From Tubulanus polymorphus (lineage: Eukaryota > Animalia > Nemertea): a stretch of DNA of 64,000 nt. Position 1 is the stretch's first letter. Each line of letters opens with the position of its first letter. Both the position numbers and the translations under genes were made by a program. The DNA lies in assembly GCF_964204645.1 (NCBI RefSeq), contig NC_134025.1, positions 14,446,001-14,510,000 of the forward strand. The letters run 5' to 3'. The notes beneath the pieces were generated by a model, which searched no databases, was not told the DNA's origin, and was given only the letters and a program-made list of their open reading frames with translations. This document shows, one piece after another, positions 62,296-64,000 of this stretch.

Positions 62296-62386
62296 TGACG
62301 TCATACCGGAAGTGACGTCATCCAAGATGGCGGCCGGAAGTGGCGGTTAAAATTCAAATTTCAAATTTTGGCGGGAAAATTCAAAA
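62296..62386 (+). promoter_or_regulatory. Dense Pol II promoter/enhancer: 2x CRE (TGACGTCA), 2x ETS (CCGGAAGT), YY1 (CAAGATGGCGGC), E2F (TTTTGGCGGGAAAA)
   Basis: Exact consensus matches within ~90 bp. Confidence 0.75.
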
Positions 62387-62830
62387 TTTTTCCGTTAAAT
62401 CCAAATCAAATTATTGACAACAAATCCAAATCAATTTATTGATGATGTTAAATCCAATTTTATTTATTGACAACAAATCCAAATTTATTTATTGGGTACG
62501 ACATCCTATGCGTGTGTGTGAGAGGAGGGGGAGGAGTAAATCCTAGATGGCGCTTTTCCAAGGAATCCCGAGTACGGGTGAAACGAAGTAAACCAAAAAT
62601 TCCAAAAACAAATGTAAAACAAATTAATGTCAACAATTAAAAAACATTTATTAACAATAAATACGCAATAAATAGAATAAATAAATAAATAGGTAACTAT
62701 ATTTTTGTCTTTTCACTCTGTTACGTGTTCGGGCAAGTCATTTTCTGACAATAAAAACGTCATGTAAATCCATAAACTAATCATTCTGCTCAGAAACTTT
62801 GAACCGTCAACATCGACCTGTATCGCCCAG

Positions 62831-63647
62831 ATGGATTCGACTAGTGGACAAACTACCTTAGAAATGTCAAGCACACCGATTCGAGCAAAGTCCTCTCTTC
62901 AATCTAGAAAAAGAAAACACCCCTCGCTGAAACTCGACTTAAGTAAGTTTTATAACTATTCCGGTATTCGAAACCGTCAAATATTAAGTCATACGTATAC
63001 TGATATAGAATATTCTTTATTGTTTTATAGGTTCAATCGTTAATGACAACGCTGTTCCGTCGAAAGTTCAACGGAATACCTGGAACAATGACCCCGAGCC
63101 TCATTATCTAGGATCGCTTGTGTACGCGAGTGCGAAAACGTGGCAGGGGTTAAAACGTATAGATTTACGATCTTATGAGTGTTGCGAGCGTAGAAAACAA
63201 CTGTATCCCACAAAGAACGGTATTTCGCTAGATCTCCAAGAGTGGGTACATATAGATTATTGTAAAGCCGATATCGAACACGAAATTGCGCGCGTTAAAG
63301 AAGATATCGATTACGTAGGCGTGATGACCGTTGGTCGTTCGAACTTTATCAAAATCTATAGATCTAGTCACGATCATCGTATTTACGTAAATATCCGAAA
63401 ATATGATCTACACGATGAGCTTTTCGACGTAACTCCGACTAGATGCGGTGTAAAACTAACATTGGAATTATGGAAAAAGTTGAAAGACATTAATTTTAAC
63501 GACGATATACCCGAACTAGCCAACATGACGCCCTGTTGGTATGATTCGAGTCACTCGAATCAGGAATACAGGTGTCCGTACTGCGCAAAAGAAACTTCTG
63601 GAGTACGAAAAACACCTGAATACGGTGTAATGATCACCCAAGTATAA
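62831..63647 (+). CDS. Spliced gene (62831-62942 + 63031-63647, 242 aa) encoding tandem PC4/Sub1-like ssDNA-binding domains
   Basis: GTAAGT donor at 62943 and TTTTATAG acceptor at 63030 join in frame; two PC4 repeats RIDLRSY...PTKNGISL..QEW and VNIRKY...PTRCGVKL..ELW; RKRK NLS; C-terminal Cys/His cluster. Confidence 0.75.
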
Positions 63648-64000
63648 TTAAAGTAGTTTAAAAGATATTAATTAGATAATATCTATATCATAACCGATTA
63701 ACAAAATGTGTAAAAAACATCAATTTATATACGTTAGTTTGCGTTAAACTCTCAGATAGAAATAAGTATCCGAAATAACTAATCCAGGACTTCATTAAGA
63801 TCCGCTCTAACCAAAGAGGATTAACTAAAGTAGTGAGTTTCTATCTTTTATGAATTTTATCGTTTTCTGTGTAGGTATATGGCCTATGTTTATCTATAAT
63901 ATTTATAAAAATATTTATGTTTTTTAGGACTAAATAAAACATTTATTGAATAAAAGATTTCATTTTTGACTCATTCTGATTTAACAATACGTTAATCTAG

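Larger units (their letters stand above)
62258..64000 (+). mobile_element. Probable left end of a second, unrelated Polinton/adintovirus-like element
   Basis: Abrupt AG-rich start (AGTGGAGTGAGGAGGG), transcription-factor site cluster, short direct repeats and a double-PC4 gene; no hallmark gene inside the window. Confidence 0.45.

Overview
AT-rich animal (probably invertebrate) genomic DNA made almost entirely of nested mobile elements, with no recognisable host gene. The main content is a cluster of related Polinton/Maverick (adintovirus-like) endogenous viruses. Copy 1 (2485-20581, +) has its 5' part cut off by a hAT transposon. Copy 2 (~26580-42960, +) has both TIRs visible and a ~1.7-kb internal deletion. 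Copy 3 (~43360-53789, -) is divergent and decayed, and there is a small fourth fragment (~22840-23700). The family encodes a protein-primed PolB (with vOTU-like and endonuclease-VII-like inserts), minor and major capsid proteins, an A32-like packaging ATPase, an rve integrase with chromodomain, an HNH nuclease and several small membrane proteins; I could not find an adenain-type protease. Two features stand out. (1) The consecutive genes of the structural/membrane block start at a fixed-spacing AATTTTTTT-N6/7-TAAATG motif matching poxvirus late promoters. (2) The element ends in a ~410-bp imperfect fold-back hairpin. Together these suggest (by inference) a virophage-like element transcribed by a cytoplasmic pox-like helper virus. 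The rest comprises Helitron, LINE, MULE and non-autonomous repeats, plus the probable start of a different Polinton-like element with a host Pol II-type promoter and a spliced double-PC4 gene (62258-64000).
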